The notes: generated by a model from the letters alone, not told the origin. A DNA stretch of 64,000 nucleotides from Candidatus Azambacteria bacterium (GCA_016234725.1 JACRAK010000012.1:10619-74618); one strand, 5' to 3'; positions 18,398 to 27,939 are shown, counted from the stretch's first letter. Made by a program: numbers and translations.

Positions 18398-19783
18398 ATG
18401 AAAAAAGTTTCGCGCATCATTTTGTCTGGACACAAATTGTTAAAGCAAAAAGCTCGGGAAATCTTGGCTATCGACTACGATGTATCCAAACGGGCCGTGG
18501 GCAACGAAGGCATTCTTCATTTGCTGGAAAGTACAACAGTTGGCATGCTGGATCGGAAAGTAAAGCACGGAGAAAATCTTTCGTTCGAGGAAGCATTTTG
18601 CGGAATGTGTTATGTGCTTGCAGCAACAAACGCCCATTTTTATGAAGCATATCGCGGTCTGTTTGAACGAGCCTACGGCAACACAAACTTCACGAGTGAA
18701 AAAGCGCTGGCAATAGCCTCGTCCTTTTTGAGCCTTATGGCGGCGAAAGAATCACTGAATTACCTTACAGCTGAAGAAATTGCTGGAATGGTTGCCGCCG
18801 GAATGATGGACACCGTTATTTCGCTTGATGTGCCAAGGGTCGTTGAAACCTGCGGCATGGGAGGCGACAAAGGATTTCGCCGTTCCCGCGTTGGCATTTC
18901 CAAGAAAACGATCAACGTTTCAACGCTGAGTGCTCTCGTGCTTTCTGCCATCGGACTTCCTGCCGCTAAGCACGGATCCTACGCAAATACATCCGCAGTA
19001 GGCAGCACAGAGGCCATCGAGTTATTTGGGGCAAAAACCTCAATGATATCGGAAGCAGAGGTGTTGGACGTCTTGGAAAAAGCAAACTTTTGCTTTTTTG
19101 ATGCCCACTGGTGCAAAACCATCCATGATTTATCACATCTTTTAATGATGGAAACGATCAATCATGTGATTGGGCCGATGACCCCACCTTTTAGTTCAAA
19201 AACGGAGGTGAACAAGCTCATGGGGGTGAATGAAAAAATTCACCCCAAGACAGTTGCTGAAGCGTATGCGATTCTCCATCAAAAAAGGAAGCAGAATGTT
19301 GGGGGCGTCATCATTGTGTGCGGGCTTGACGAAAAAGCTCGAGGAATTGACCCCCTGAATTTTGCTACGGTTAAGAAGCATGCAATTGTTGATGAAGTAT
19401 CTCCGTATGTTTCTGTGGTTTCCGCGACGCTTAAGGGCGAGTACCTTGGAACATGGATGCTTTCTCCGGAGGATTTTGGGGTTAGCATTGATGCAGAAAA
19501 GATTCAGATCGTTAATAAGCAGGAGGAGATCCAAGAAGCAAATATTGCAGCGTTAAGCGGCGCAAACTCCGAGCTCGCAGACTACCTTGCGGTAAATGCG
19601 GCGCTGGGATTGTACGCAGCGGAATATTTATCGCGAAACGATGCGATTACGCCGAATGGGCTTAATCATCATTACCTGCGAGAATGTTTCAGGCGTTGCC
19701 GAAAGGCAATTTCATCCGGTGCGGCAAAAAATGTTCTTGATGGATATGTGCGGGTAAGTAAAAATGTTCTTTTGTTGACATGA
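18398..19783 (+). CDS. trpD: Anthranilate phosphoribosyltransferase-like protein with N-terminal extension
   Basis: ETCGMGGDKG, TINVST, AKHGS..NTSAVGS, VNAALGL; GGAGG SD. Confidence 0.75.
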   Translation: MKKVSRIILSGHKLLKQKAREILAIDYDVSKRAVGNEGILHLLESTTVGMLDRKVKHGENLSFEEAFCGMCYVLAATNAHFYEAYRGLFERAYGNTNFTSEKALAIASSFLSLMAAKESLNYLTAEEIAGMVAAGMMDTVISLDVPRVVETCGMGGDKGFRRSRVGISKKTINVSTLSALVLSAIGLPAAKHGSYANTSAVGSTEAIELFGAKTSMISEAEVLDVLEKANFCFFDAHWCKTIHDLSHLLMMETINHVIGPMTPPFSSKTEVNKLMGVNEKIHPKTVAEAYAILHQKRKQNVGGVIIVCGLDEKARGIDPLNFATVKKHAIVDEVSPYVSVVSATLKGEYLGTWMLSPEDFGVSIDAEKIQIVNKQEEIQEANIAALSGANSELADYLAVNAALGLYAAEYLSRNDAITPNGLNHHYLRECFRRCRKAISSGAAKNVLDGYVRVSKNVLLLT

Positions 19784-19871
19784 GCAGCATTTTAATAAAG
19801 AGGGGGGAAAAATTCTCCCCTCTTTATTATTAGAGAAAAAGAGATATAATAAACTTATTGACATTTCATTA

Positions 19872-20690
19872 ATGGATACTAAATTTAAAAAAATATTTAA
19901 TAAGGAAAAAGGGGTCATTGTCGGAGCGATTCATTTTCCGCCACTCCTTGGTTTTTCGGAGTTTCCGGGTTTTGAGATCGCTCGTTTAAATGCGCTTAAG
20001 GACCTCGAAGCGTTCGTTCATGGTGGAGCAGATGCCATTGTTTTTGAAAATAATTATGATATCCCGCACACGGAATTTGTCGGGCCAGAGATTTGCGCAT
20101 CAATGCTTCTTTTAGGCGCAGAAATTAAAAAAGCAACGACCCTGCCTGTTGGGATAAGTGTTTTGTGGAATGATTACAAAACAGCGTTGTCTATCGCGAA
20201 AGTTTTAGACCTTCAATTTATTCGTATACCGGTTTTTGTTGATACCGTTAAAACAAGCTATGGCATCATTGAAGGAAAGCATGAAGAGATCATGGCATAC
20301 AGGAAGAACATTCAAGCGGAACGCATTGCGCTGTTTACTGATATCCATGTTAAGCATGCTGAAACCGTGTCGGCGTTTTCAATAATCGAATCCGCACAGA
20401 GGGCAATCACAAGAGGATCCGATGGGCTAATTGTGACAGGAAAGTGGACGGGCAACGCACCCACCCTTGCTGAGCTCAAGAGCATAAGGGAGGCAGTGGC
20501 AGATTTCCCCGTCATATGCGGCAGCGGAGTTGATAGCAAAAATATTCATGAATTGTTTGAATGTGCAGATGGAGCAATTGTCAGCACTTCTTTAAAAGAA
20601 GGAGTTCGCAAGCAAGGGGAGATAAATGTGAAGGGTTACGAACAGCGCATTGATGAAGAGAGGGTCAGAGAATTGGTGATAAGTATTTAA
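19872..20690 (+). CDS. BtpA/SgcQ family protein
   Basis: GAIHFPPL, ENNYD.P, DIHVKHA, DGLIVTG..TG, ADGAIVSTSLK. Confidence 0.9.
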   Translation: MDTKFKKIFNKEKGVIVGAIHFPPLLGFSEFPGFEIARLNALKDLEAFVHGGADAIVFENNYDIPHTEFVGPEICASMLLLGAEIKKATTLPVGISVLWNDYKTALSIAKVLDLQFIRIPVFVDTVKTSYGIIEGKHEEIMAYRKNIQAERIALFTDIHVKHAETVSAFSIIESAQRAITRGSDGLIVTGKWTGNAPTLAELKSIREAVADFPVICGSGVDSKNIHELFECADGAIVSTSLKEGVRKQGEINVKGYEQRIDEERVRELVISI

Positions 20691-20718
20691 AAACACCGGA
20701 GAGCGTCCGGTGTTTTTA
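20688..20718. terminator. Bidirectional terminator
   Basis: TAAAAACACCGGA-GAGCG-TCCGGTGTTTTTA. Confidence 0.8.
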
Positions 20719-20733
20719 ATGAGCTAATTAATT

Positions 20734-21708
20734 TCACTCAAAGATTGTTATTTTTGGAGGTCGTACGAAGAACATCACTTCCTCATCCAAATTCTTCACA
20801 GTCATTCCCGATGGAGCAAGGATCACGTGCCCTGTGAGCGGTGCAAAGAGGTTGTGTTTTCCATTAGTGGCAATTTTTTGGCCAGCGATAACCTCTTCGT
20901 AGGGTTTAAATTGTTTCACTAGCGAATAAGAAGCATCGGGAAAGATGAGAGAGCTATCAACAAAGTATTCCCGATATTTCTGATCATTGGTTGTTGTTCC
21001 TCCTTCGATCATTCCAAGATTTTTCAACAAAACCTCGGTGCAGGCAATCGCTCGCGTGAATGCTTGGGGGCTTTCGTGAGATCCCGCTTCAATTCCCATT
21101 ACCGGTATCGAGCCATTTCCATAGAAAAATACAGCGGGTTTCGCTATCTGCACGTTTTCTATGTTGGTAATGATATCTGTGATTGGGAATCCGCGAATCA
21201 ATTGGGGGTGAACAGCCCCGATGTTCATAATCATTCCGTCATTTTCTTGGGTGGTGCTATGAATGTCAAAGCCGACATCAAATTGCTCCCAGATATTTTT
21301 TAGTTCTTGGACACGACGGATTTCATACCGAGAGTCATTTTTGTTGCACCTCATAACATTGTCCGGTAGGCGATTCATATTGATGTCCACGAAACGAGAC
21401 GACATCTTTTCTTCTGTGTTTTTGGCGGCTAAAAATCTTTCAGTTGCGCGAATGTTATTGAGAGAAAAAATAACCACCCCATTTTTAAGACGCTGCTCAA
21501 GTGGAAATTTTTCTCTAAAGTACTCAAGTACCGCGAGTCCGCTAGGCTCATTTCCGTGAGTGTGAATCGTTATGCCGAGCACTGGTCCCGATTTGCTCGC
21601 ACCAATTTTCCAAATCCCACCTACTCCTTGATATGAGGAATTTTTGATAAAATTAAGGTGCTTTTTTAAGTATCCTATCCCTAGGTATTTCGGTGATTTC
21701 GGCTCCAT
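20734..21708 (-). CDS. Succinylglutamate desuccinylase/aspartoacylase family (M14-like) hydrolase
   Basis: THGNEPSG, RFVDINMNR, FDIHST, IEAGSH. Confidence 0.85.
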   Translation of the reverse strand: MEPKSPKYLGIGYLKKHLNFIKNSSYQGVGGIWKIGASKSGPVLGITIHTHGNEPSGLAVLEYFREKFPLEQRLKNGVVIFSLNNIRATERFLAAKNTEEKMSSRFVDINMNRLPDNVMRCNKNDSRYEIRRVQELKNIWEQFDVGFDIHSTTQENDGMIMNIGAVHPQLIRGFPITDIITNIENVQIAKPAVFFYGNGSIPVMGIEAGSHESPQAFTRAIACTEVLLKNLGMIEGGTTTNDQKYREYFVDSSLIFPDASYSLVKQFKPYEEVIAGQKIATNGKHNLFAPLTGHVILAPSGMTVKNLDEEVMFFVRPPKITIFE

Positions 21709-21827
21709 TTTAACCTCCTATTTTAAATGAGCAACTAAATTCCTTATTTTTTTGAAGATATCACCTGTGTGTTTTTTTGTAAATACTCGTCAAGCATTAC
21801 ACGCGCCCAAAAAACACCATATCTAGA

Positions 21828-21857
21828 AAAAAGACGGCATTTGATTGCCGCCTTTTT
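21828..21857. terminator. Terminator of the ilvE remnant; duplicate of 14603-14632
   Basis: AAAAAGACGGCATTTGATTGCCGCCTTTTT. Confidence 0.8.
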
Positions 21858-21870
21858 TGCCGATGATTCT

Positions 21871-22058
21871 CTATTTCGCTGCCGTCAGTCACTTTTTGTA
21901 GCGGGGGAGTGCGCCGGAAACTATCTGCGCATATGTTTCTCGGAGGTGTTTGGTCATCGGACCTTCTTTTTGCTTGTTAAATACAACGCCGTCGATTTTC
22001 CCGATGCCGTTCACTTCCACCGCAGTGCCGCAAAAAACGCTTCATCGAATTTTTTATA
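21871..22058 (-). pseudogene. ilvE: 3' remnant 1 of a branched-chain amino acid aminotransferase
   Basis: FDEAFF/CGTAVEVNGIGKIDG...GPMTKHLRETYAQIVSGALPRYKK*LT, with one frameshift and TGG>TGA; matches the DEAFF.GTA.E...I..IDG...GP.T C-terminus of class IV aminotransferases. Confidence 0.8.
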
Positions 22059-22080
22059 GTAAGAAAAATAAAAACCCCGG

Positions 22081-22821
22081 CTAATGAGCCGGGGTTTTTA
22101 TTAATTCAATTACCTTATCAAGAAAGAGGGTAAAATTTTGCTTTGTTTTCTTATGCTTCTTGTATAATTGCAAGACTTTTTGTCTTATTTCTTTGTGACC
22201 ATAATAGCCGCGGTCAGGAAGATAAAGAAATTCGGAAAGATCCTCGTTTAGCAAAACTGTTAAAATTTCTTTTAGGTCCCCGACCTGTTTCTCGCCCAAT
22301 CCTTTTTCATTACAATAACCGCTATATCTTTTTAAAAATTCTATATGCATGATCTCGTGCGATGCTGTATTGGGGAAATCGCTAAATTGATTAAACATGA
22401 AGCTGTTCTTTCCAAAAGGAATTCTTTTCCCGAAGGTAAAATAAGCGCGATATTCTTTTTCAAATTCTTTAAGAGGAATATCTAGCATTTTTGAAAGACC
22501 TAAAAGGCATTCCTTGCCTGCTTCACCCCATCTTTTTTCTGCTCTTGCTGATATGTCTTTTATAATATGCGTTGCTTTGGGTGTTTTTAAGAATTTATCA
22601 AGAACCTTTTCTATTTTAGGAAGAATTTTTTCTTCGGAATCTGTTTTTTCAGCGAGTAATTCAATTTCCTGAGGAATGCCGCCCAAATCCCATTTTTTAT
22701 GCCCGCCGGCATCATACGATATATTTTTGACACATGAATCAACCCAATTTTTTAATTCCCAATCCTTATTAAATTCAAGTGTGATTTTAGGGAATAAGTT
22801 CTTTTTTGAGGCATTTTTCAT
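22081..22821 (-). CDS. HExxH protein of module 1
   Basis: ASHEIMH...DLKEILTVLLN...DRGYYGH; start MKNASKK. Confidence 0.8.
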   Translation of the reverse strand: MKNASKKNLFPKITLEFNKDWELKNWVDSCVKNISYDAGGHKKWDLGGIPQEIELLAEKTDSEEKILPKIEKVLDKFLKTPKATHIIKDISARAEKRWGEAGKECLLGLSKMLDIPLKEFEKEYRAYFTFGKRIPFGKNSFMFNQFSDFPNTASHEIMHIEFLKRYSGYCNEKGLGEKQVGDLKEILTVLLNEDLSEFLYLPDRGYYGHKEIRQKVLQLYKKHKKTKQNFTLFLDKVIELIKTPAH

Positions 22822-22845
22822 GCGTTTAAAATACCATAAAAAGAG

Positions 22846-22879
22846 AAAATGCGCTAGCCTATTTAGGCTAGCGCATTTT
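22846..22879 (-). terminator. Hairpin/terminator after precursor 1
   Basis: AAAATGCGCTAGCCT-ATTT-AGGCTAGCGCATTTT. Confidence 0.85.
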
Positions 22880-22894
22880 GAGGCCGGAGAAGCG

Positions 22895-23026
22895 TTAATA
22901 ATCAGTGCAGCAGTCTCCGTCAGGACAGTCGCAGTCACTACACTGACTCGTGCAATCGAGCAAGGTCTTGCTGGCGACTTCTGATTCAGCAAGAACCAAA
23001 ACTCGATTTTTATCTGTTGTTCCCAT
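22895..23026 (-). CDS. Cys/Asp-rich RiPP precursor peptide 1 (43 aa, not in ORF track)
   Basis: MGTTDKNRVLVLAESEVASKTLLDCTSQCSDCDCPDGDCCTDY*; AGGAGGTGAT SD; ATG abuts the rSAM stop (TAAATG). Confidence 0.88.
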   Translation of the reverse strand: MGTTDKNRVLVLAESEVASKTLLDCTSQCSDCDCPDGDCCTDY

Positions 23027-24377
23027 TTAGATCACCTCCTTTGTTTTGACATGCCCCCAAATTAACTGTAAGGCTTTAAGTTCAATTAATCGTGGAATCA
23101 TGATCTTAAAGAGTTTGCAGTATGGGGAAGAAGTGGTGGCTAGGTCATGAGCTCCAAAATTGATGACGGGACATCCGCCCCCACAAACAAGAGACCACTG
23201 GCAATCTTGACAGCCCTTGTAATCAAGCACATCTTTTGAATGTAGTTCGGGAAAAGTGTCTTGAGACCACGCCATTTCCAAAAAGGTTTTCTTGGTTTCA
23301 AGATTGCCTATCGGCTTTTTATCCATCCTTGCCTGGCAAACAAATACATTGCCGTTATGATCAACGGCTACGCCGGAATGGCCAAGATTGCACCCTCGTA
23401 AATGAGGCTTCCTATCGAGATGAATCTCGCACAGCTGTTGCGCGGCAACGGCGCTATGATTACGAATTGCAAGAGCGTAATAATCATAGCAATCATTAAG
23501 GGCGCTCGAAGCTTTTTTCATAAAGTCTTCGTATCCCTTAAAATCTCCTACATTATCCCGATATAGACCATAACGAAACGGAATGCTTGCATCAATCAAA
23601 AAACGGCTCAGCATAGGCACGCCGGAAATATTTCTATCCGTTATGGTTGTTAGTATCGTCGGGCGGACATCATTCCCCATGCATAAGTTCAGATTTTTGG
23701 CCACGACATCAAAAGAACCGGTGCCAGCGCCGAAGAAGCGTGTTTTGTTGTGCCACTCACCTAAACCATCTAACGACATACAGACCCTCACCGAGTTATC
23801 TTTAATCATCTTTATTAGATTAAGATCGAGCAGAGTCCCGTTTGTCAGTAAGATTAATTTAGCGCGAATACCTTTTTCTACGAATCGTTTCTGAGTCTGT
23901 TCGATCAAAAAATTAATCAACGTTTTATGCAGCGTGGGCTCTCCTCCAGCAAGACGTATTGTTACTAGGTCCAGACCGTGATGGCTTACAGTTTGTTCAA
24001 GCTTATCCAGATATAAGCTTGCTGTCTGAAAAGACATGAACTTTTTGTCCTTATTTATATAACAGTAAGGACATTTTAAATTACAGCAGTTGGCTATATG
24101 GAGCCATGTGCTCATGCCCTTAACATTGTTTTTTTCTAGACTAGGTCTAAACAGCGGAGCATCTTTTGGTTGAATAAGTCCGTTTTCAAGCAGAAGTTTT
24201 ATCCGTGGCAAATCTTTCTCGGTCTGAAAAAGGGACAGATTGTCTATAAAGAAGCTTAGTTCTCATGTCGAGCAGGACCACGCCTCTTTTGCTTCCAGGG
24301 ACAAGCGCATAACCATAGCCGTCTACTTCTCCTGTGTAACAATTACCCGTCTTTTTATATGCCTCTATTTCCCTCAT
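23027..24377 (-). CDS. Radical SAM/SPASM peptide maturase 1, N-terminus split by a frameshift near 24250-24265
   Basis: CNLKCPYC, GGEP, TNG, SLDG, SPASM C...C...CQDC.....CGGGC...C; SD-led ATG at 24377 (MREIEAY) lies in a different frame. Confidence 0.85.
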
Positions 24378-24539
24378 TTTCTTTCCTCCGTAGGTTTTAT
24401 GATGTTGTAAAAGATCTTTTCGTATTTGTCTTTCTAATAACATAACAATAGCGTTTTTGTCAAATTCTTCATAAGAAGGGTTACTAATCAATAAAAATGA
24501 AAAACTCCCTTTCTAAGGAGTTTTTCTTGGTTCGCGTTT

Positions 24540-24626
24540 TTACTGTACAACCGTCAACCACTTTTTGTAGCGGGGGAGTTTGCCGGAAACTATCTGGGTA
24601 TATGTTTCTCGCAGGTGTCTGGTCGT
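24540..24626 (-). pseudogene. ilvE: 3' remnant 2 of ilvE-like gene
   Basis: TRHLRETYTQIVSGKLPRYKKWLTVVQ*; diverged direct repeat of 21882-21955. Confidence 0.8.
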
Positions 24627-24686
24627 GGATCGGTAAGCATTGTAAATAAAAGACCTTTTGTGTAGGATACAAGCGAAAGGAAAACC

Positions 24687-25400
24687 ATGATCCCACGACT
24701 TGTCCAGCAAATCACCTATTGGCCGATATACCTCTTTTTTAAAGTGTTTTTTTGTTTTCGCGTGGAAGGACAGGAGAATCTGAAAGGACTGGAAGACAAG
24801 CCGGTTATTTTTGCGTCAAACCATGCAAGCTTTCTCGATGGTCCCATGTGTGCAGTGGCGATGCCGCGGGAAGGAATCGTACCAAAAAAGTTTTTTGCCA
24901 TGCGGTTTCTTGTCGCAAAAGAAGCGTTCGCGTTGGTAAAAAACGTCGTTCCGTTTCCCATATCTATAATCTTTGCGATCTATGTGCGTATGAATGGGGG
25001 CGTTCCCGTGGTGAGAGGCATGAACAATATTCAAAAAAATCTTGAGGAAGCAGTGAGGATACTTAGCAAGGGAACAAAAATGTGGATTTTCCCGGAAGGG
25101 AAACTGTCAAAAGACGGAACGCTTCAAAAAGGGAAGCGGGGCGTTGCCTATTTGCATCAAGCAACTAGCGCGGCTATTGTGCCGGTAGGGCTTATCGGCA
25201 CGTGTCGCATGCCTTCACAATTTTTTCGTTTCCAGCGTCCGTGCGTGACGGTGCGCATTGGCTTGCCAATGCATATTCCCGAAGGCGTTTCCTTGGAAGA
25301 GGGGACGGACATGATAATGAAGGAAATAGGACTGCTTCTTAGTGGCATGGCCACTTCATTGACCACGGCACGCGTAGAAAAAGCGCCATCAGCGATTTAA
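24687..25400 (+). CDS. plsC: 1-acyl-glycerol-3-phosphate acyltransferase family
   Basis: NHASFLD, IFPEG, IVPVGL. Confidence 0.85.
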   Translation: MIPRLVQQITYWPIYLFFKVFFCFRVEGQENLKGLEDKPVIFASNHASFLDGPMCAVAMPREGIVPKKFFAMRFLVAKEAFALVKNVVPFPISIIFAIYVRMNGGVPVVRGMNNIQKNLEEAVRILSKGTKMWIFPEGKLSKDGTLQKGKRGVAYLHQATSAAIVPVGLIGTCRMPSQFFRFQRPCVTVRIGLPMHIPEGVSLEEGTDMIMKEIGLLLSGMATSLTTARVEKAPSAI

Positions 25401-25405
25401 ATTAG

Positions 25406-25455
25406 AAAATAAAAAGGCGGCGTAGGCGATAATTGAATCGCCGCCTTTTTATTTT
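25406..25455. terminator. Terminator after plsC
   Basis: AAATAAAAAGGCGGCG ... CGCCGCCTTTTTATTT. Confidence 0.75.
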
Positions 25456-25496
25456 AGAATAACTCCACCCTCTTTTGTTTTTTGCCGACAGGATCA

Positions 25497-25561
25497 GAAA
25501 AACCGGGCGTGGCGGAAGTTATGGCGGAAAGCTTTGAAAAATAAAGGTTTTTTGGTATCAT
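25497..25561 (+). repeat. Triplicated promoter element, copy 1
   Basis: GAAAAACCGGGCGTGGCGGAAGTTATGGCGGAAA..TTTGAAAAATAAAGGTTTTTTGGTATCAT. Confidence 0.9.
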
Positions 25562-25567
25562 GAAAAC

Positions 25568-26587
25568 ATGAAGCTACGATTTATAACATCAAAAATAGAG
25601 AATCAATTCTTCTTTATCGCGAATCTTTCTGAATGGCATTTTTCATGTCGATTAGATTATAACCAGGCGTGGATCGAGGAAACAGGAGCATTGAGCAATG
25701 AAGAGAAAAGGAAGCTCAAAGTCTTCGCAAGTATCTTGCAGAAACATGGATTTACTTACGATAAGAATGGAAAAACAAAATACATCGGTAAATATTTTTA
25801 TTGTTATTCGGAGGAAAAAGCATGGGAAGAATTGGGAAAAAATATTACCAAAAAAGAGGCCCTAAGAATAAAAAATGTTTTTAAGATTTTTGAACCACGA
25901 TTTGAAAAAACATGGAACCCGCAAGAGCTCGCGGCAAGAGTAAAAACAATACAAAGTTTTACAAAAGAAAAAAGATGGAAGGAGCTCGTGCAGCGCGTAA
26001 ATATATTATTTGGGGGGCCTGCCATAACAAAAAAGATTTTTATTGTTGTCTTGATTTCTCCTCTGGCAGGAGAAGGAGTGACGGCTGCCGGTAGCGCAAA
26101 TAACGGAGATCAATGCATAACATACGAGATTCCCAAATTAAAAAATGGAGGGTGGGAGCGTGATTATTCTATGGGAGTTTTAGCTCACGAGATCGCTCAC
26201 GCGTTGTTTTCTAAAAAAGGCGGCGAAAAAGAGATTGCAAAGATTATTAAAAAAGAAAATATTCCTGCGCATATAAAAGGATTCCCCACGAGCGCTGTTT
26301 CTGTGATTAACGAGGCCATTACAGAGAGCTTTATTCCCCTCGGCTACCTTGGTCAAAAATATGCTGGGAGAGACCTCGCTCCGTTATTGTTAGATAATAG
26401 CGATAAAGGATGGCTCACAGAAGAAAAGACAAAGAAAGAGAGAGGAATTAATTACCGCAATATAAGAAAATATCTTATCTGGCAATTGTATCCTCTTGCT
26501 GTTATATATGGACGACAAAGTAAATCCATCGATGCATATTTTATCAGGCAGGCAGTATTATTACTGAAAAATGCGCTCGGCAAATAA
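25568..26587 (+). CDS. HExxH protein of module 2
   Basis: LAHEIAH ... INEAITE (gluzincin-like third ligand). Confidence 0.8.
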   Translation: MKLRFITSKIENQFFFIANLSEWHFSCRLDYNQAWIEETGALSNEEKRKLKVFASILQKHGFTYDKNGKTKYIGKYFYCYSEEKAWEELGKNITKKEALRIKNVFKIFEPRFEKTWNPQELAARVKTIQSFTKEKRWKELVQRVNILFGGPAITKKIFIVVLISPLAGEGVTAAGSANNGDQCITYEIPKLKNGGWERDYSMGVLAHEIAHALFSKKGGEKEIAKIIKKENIPAHIKGFPTSAVSVINEAITESFIPLGYLGQKYAGRDLAPLLLDNSDKGWLTEEKTKKERGINYRNIRKYLIWQLYPLAVIYGRQSKSIDAYFIRQAVLLLKNALGK

Positions 26588-26601
26588 AAAAAAGGCAACC
26601 G

Positions 26602-27681
26602 TTAGGGTGCCTGTGGTATTGCCGATGCTTTTTGGAGAAAAAGCTTGATGTAGTCGAACATCCTTTTTCTTGTCTCGCAAAAAGGGTAGTCTCCGCCATA
26701 GTTTCCTGTCGCCCAGTAGGAGTCGGCTCTGCATCCGCCACGACAAATTGCTACATATTCGCAACGGCCGCATTTTTCAGCATTGTGATTGCTTCTTATT
26801 TCAGCGAGCGCCTTAGTTTTTGATCCCGCTAAAGCATTGATCAGTGATTGGCTGAGGATGTTACCAAGCATAAACCTCTCTTCCACCAATGAACCACAGG
26901 GAACGATGTTTCCTTCTTGATCAATGGTGATCATTTTCTTTAAGCAAGAGTTAGCAAAGGAGCACCCTCTCGGTCTCTGGCCAAGAAGCGAGCGCATCAT
27001 TGTGTCGAGCGGCTCGATTGAGGGAAAAGAGTTTTCCGTATGCGCCCAAAGATCGAATACGTCCTTATAGAAAGCAAACATTTCATCGTTTGAGGGCATT
27101 ATCGGTCTTTCTGAAAGTGGCACGCTTTTTAGAGGCAGCAAGCCAAATGAGTTCACGCCGAGAGCTTCATAGAAATGAAATATCTCTTTGGCGCGAGAAA
27201 CATTTAGTTTACTTATAACAGAAAGAACACCAAGAGGCATGCCAGTCGCTTTTATTTCTGCGCAAGTTCTTAATAGCGCACTTATATCAGAGCGGCGATG
27301 AGCTATGTATACATCTGTTGGCGCATCAAGACTAATCCCCACATGGAAATCATTCTTTTGAAGAAAATCAATCCACGAGGCATCCAGCAAGAGGCCGTTT
27401 GTTTGGATGTTGTTGTGATATACAATGCCTCTTTTTTCCGTTTCCTCCTTCTGGGCATTTATTACTTCTTGATAAAAATTTTTACCAACAAGAAGCGGTT
27501 CGCCGCCATGCCAGCAGAACTCGACACTGTCAAAGCCGATGGAGGCATTATGAATCATAACCCTGATGTTTTTTATCTCGAACTTTTTTATGTTTCTTCG
27601 AGAGGCGCGTGAGTAACAATACACGCACTGAATGTTGCAGTCAGATCCCGTGATCATGATGATCGTCATGGCTTTCTTCAT
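26602..27681 (-). CDS. Radical SAM/SPASM maturase 2 (anSME/triceptide-maturase-like)
   Basis: CNIQCVYC, WHGGEPLL, IQTNG, GISLD, CSFANSC...PC...CGRC.....CRGGC...C. Confidence 0.9.
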   Translation of the reverse strand: MKKAMTIIMITGSDCNIQCVYCYSRASRRNIKKFEIKNIRVMIHNASIGFDSVEFCWHGGEPLLVGKNFYQEVINAQKEETEKRGIVYHNNIQTNGLLLDASWIDFLQKNDFHVGISLDAPTDVYIAHRRSDISALLRTCAEIKATGMPLGVLSVISKLNVSRAKEIFHFYEALGVNSFGLLPLKSVPLSERPIMPSNDEMFAFYKDVFDLWAHTENSFPSIEPLDTMMRSLLGQRPRGCSFANSCLKKMITIDQEGNIVPCGSLVEERFMLGNILSQSLINALAGSKTKALAEIRSNHNAEKCGRCEYVAICRGGCRADSYWATGNYGGDYPFCETRKRMFDYIKLFLQKASAIPQAP

Positions 27682-27756
27682 AAAATTCGCTCCCGTGTTT
27701 TTTTGAATGCGGATGTGGAGGGAGGGGGTATTTACTACCCCCTCCTGTTCGAGCTA

Positions 27757-27939
27757 TTACTTGGTGCTGGCGTCGCGATAATGATCGTGCGACGGTTGAT
27801 CGACCCAGTGATCGTGTTTCATGCTCAGCGAGTCACCGTTTTTAATCTTGGCAGTCGCTTGAGTAATGATCTTTTGCACGGGTCCGGATATGCAGACGCC
27901 TGACATATCCTTAACATGACTATCGATTCCGCGTTCCAT
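27757..27939 (-). CDS. RiPP precursor peptide 2 (60 aa, HDH-W/Y-x-D repeats)
   Basis: ...KHDHWVDQPSHDHYRDASTK*; AAGGAGG SD; own TTGACA-N17-TATATA promoter at 28031-28059; hairpin at 27721-27745 before the rSAM gene. Confidence 0.82.
   Translation of the reverse strand: MERGIDSHVKDMSGVCISGPVQKIITQATAKIKNGDSLSMKHDHWVDQPSHDHYRDASTK

Noticed and set aside
21889-21893. In-frame TGA at a Trp position as evidence of recoding
   Set aside because: The fragment also has a frameshift and many intact genes end in TGA, so it is pseudogene decay.
21769-22059. 96-aa plus-strand ORF
   Set aside because: It is the antisense shadow of the ilvE remnant and terminator.
22822-22992. N-terminal extension of the 303-aa ORF in the track
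   Set aside because: It runs through a terminator hairpin and overlaps the SD-led precursor gene in another frame; ATG 22821 is preferred.
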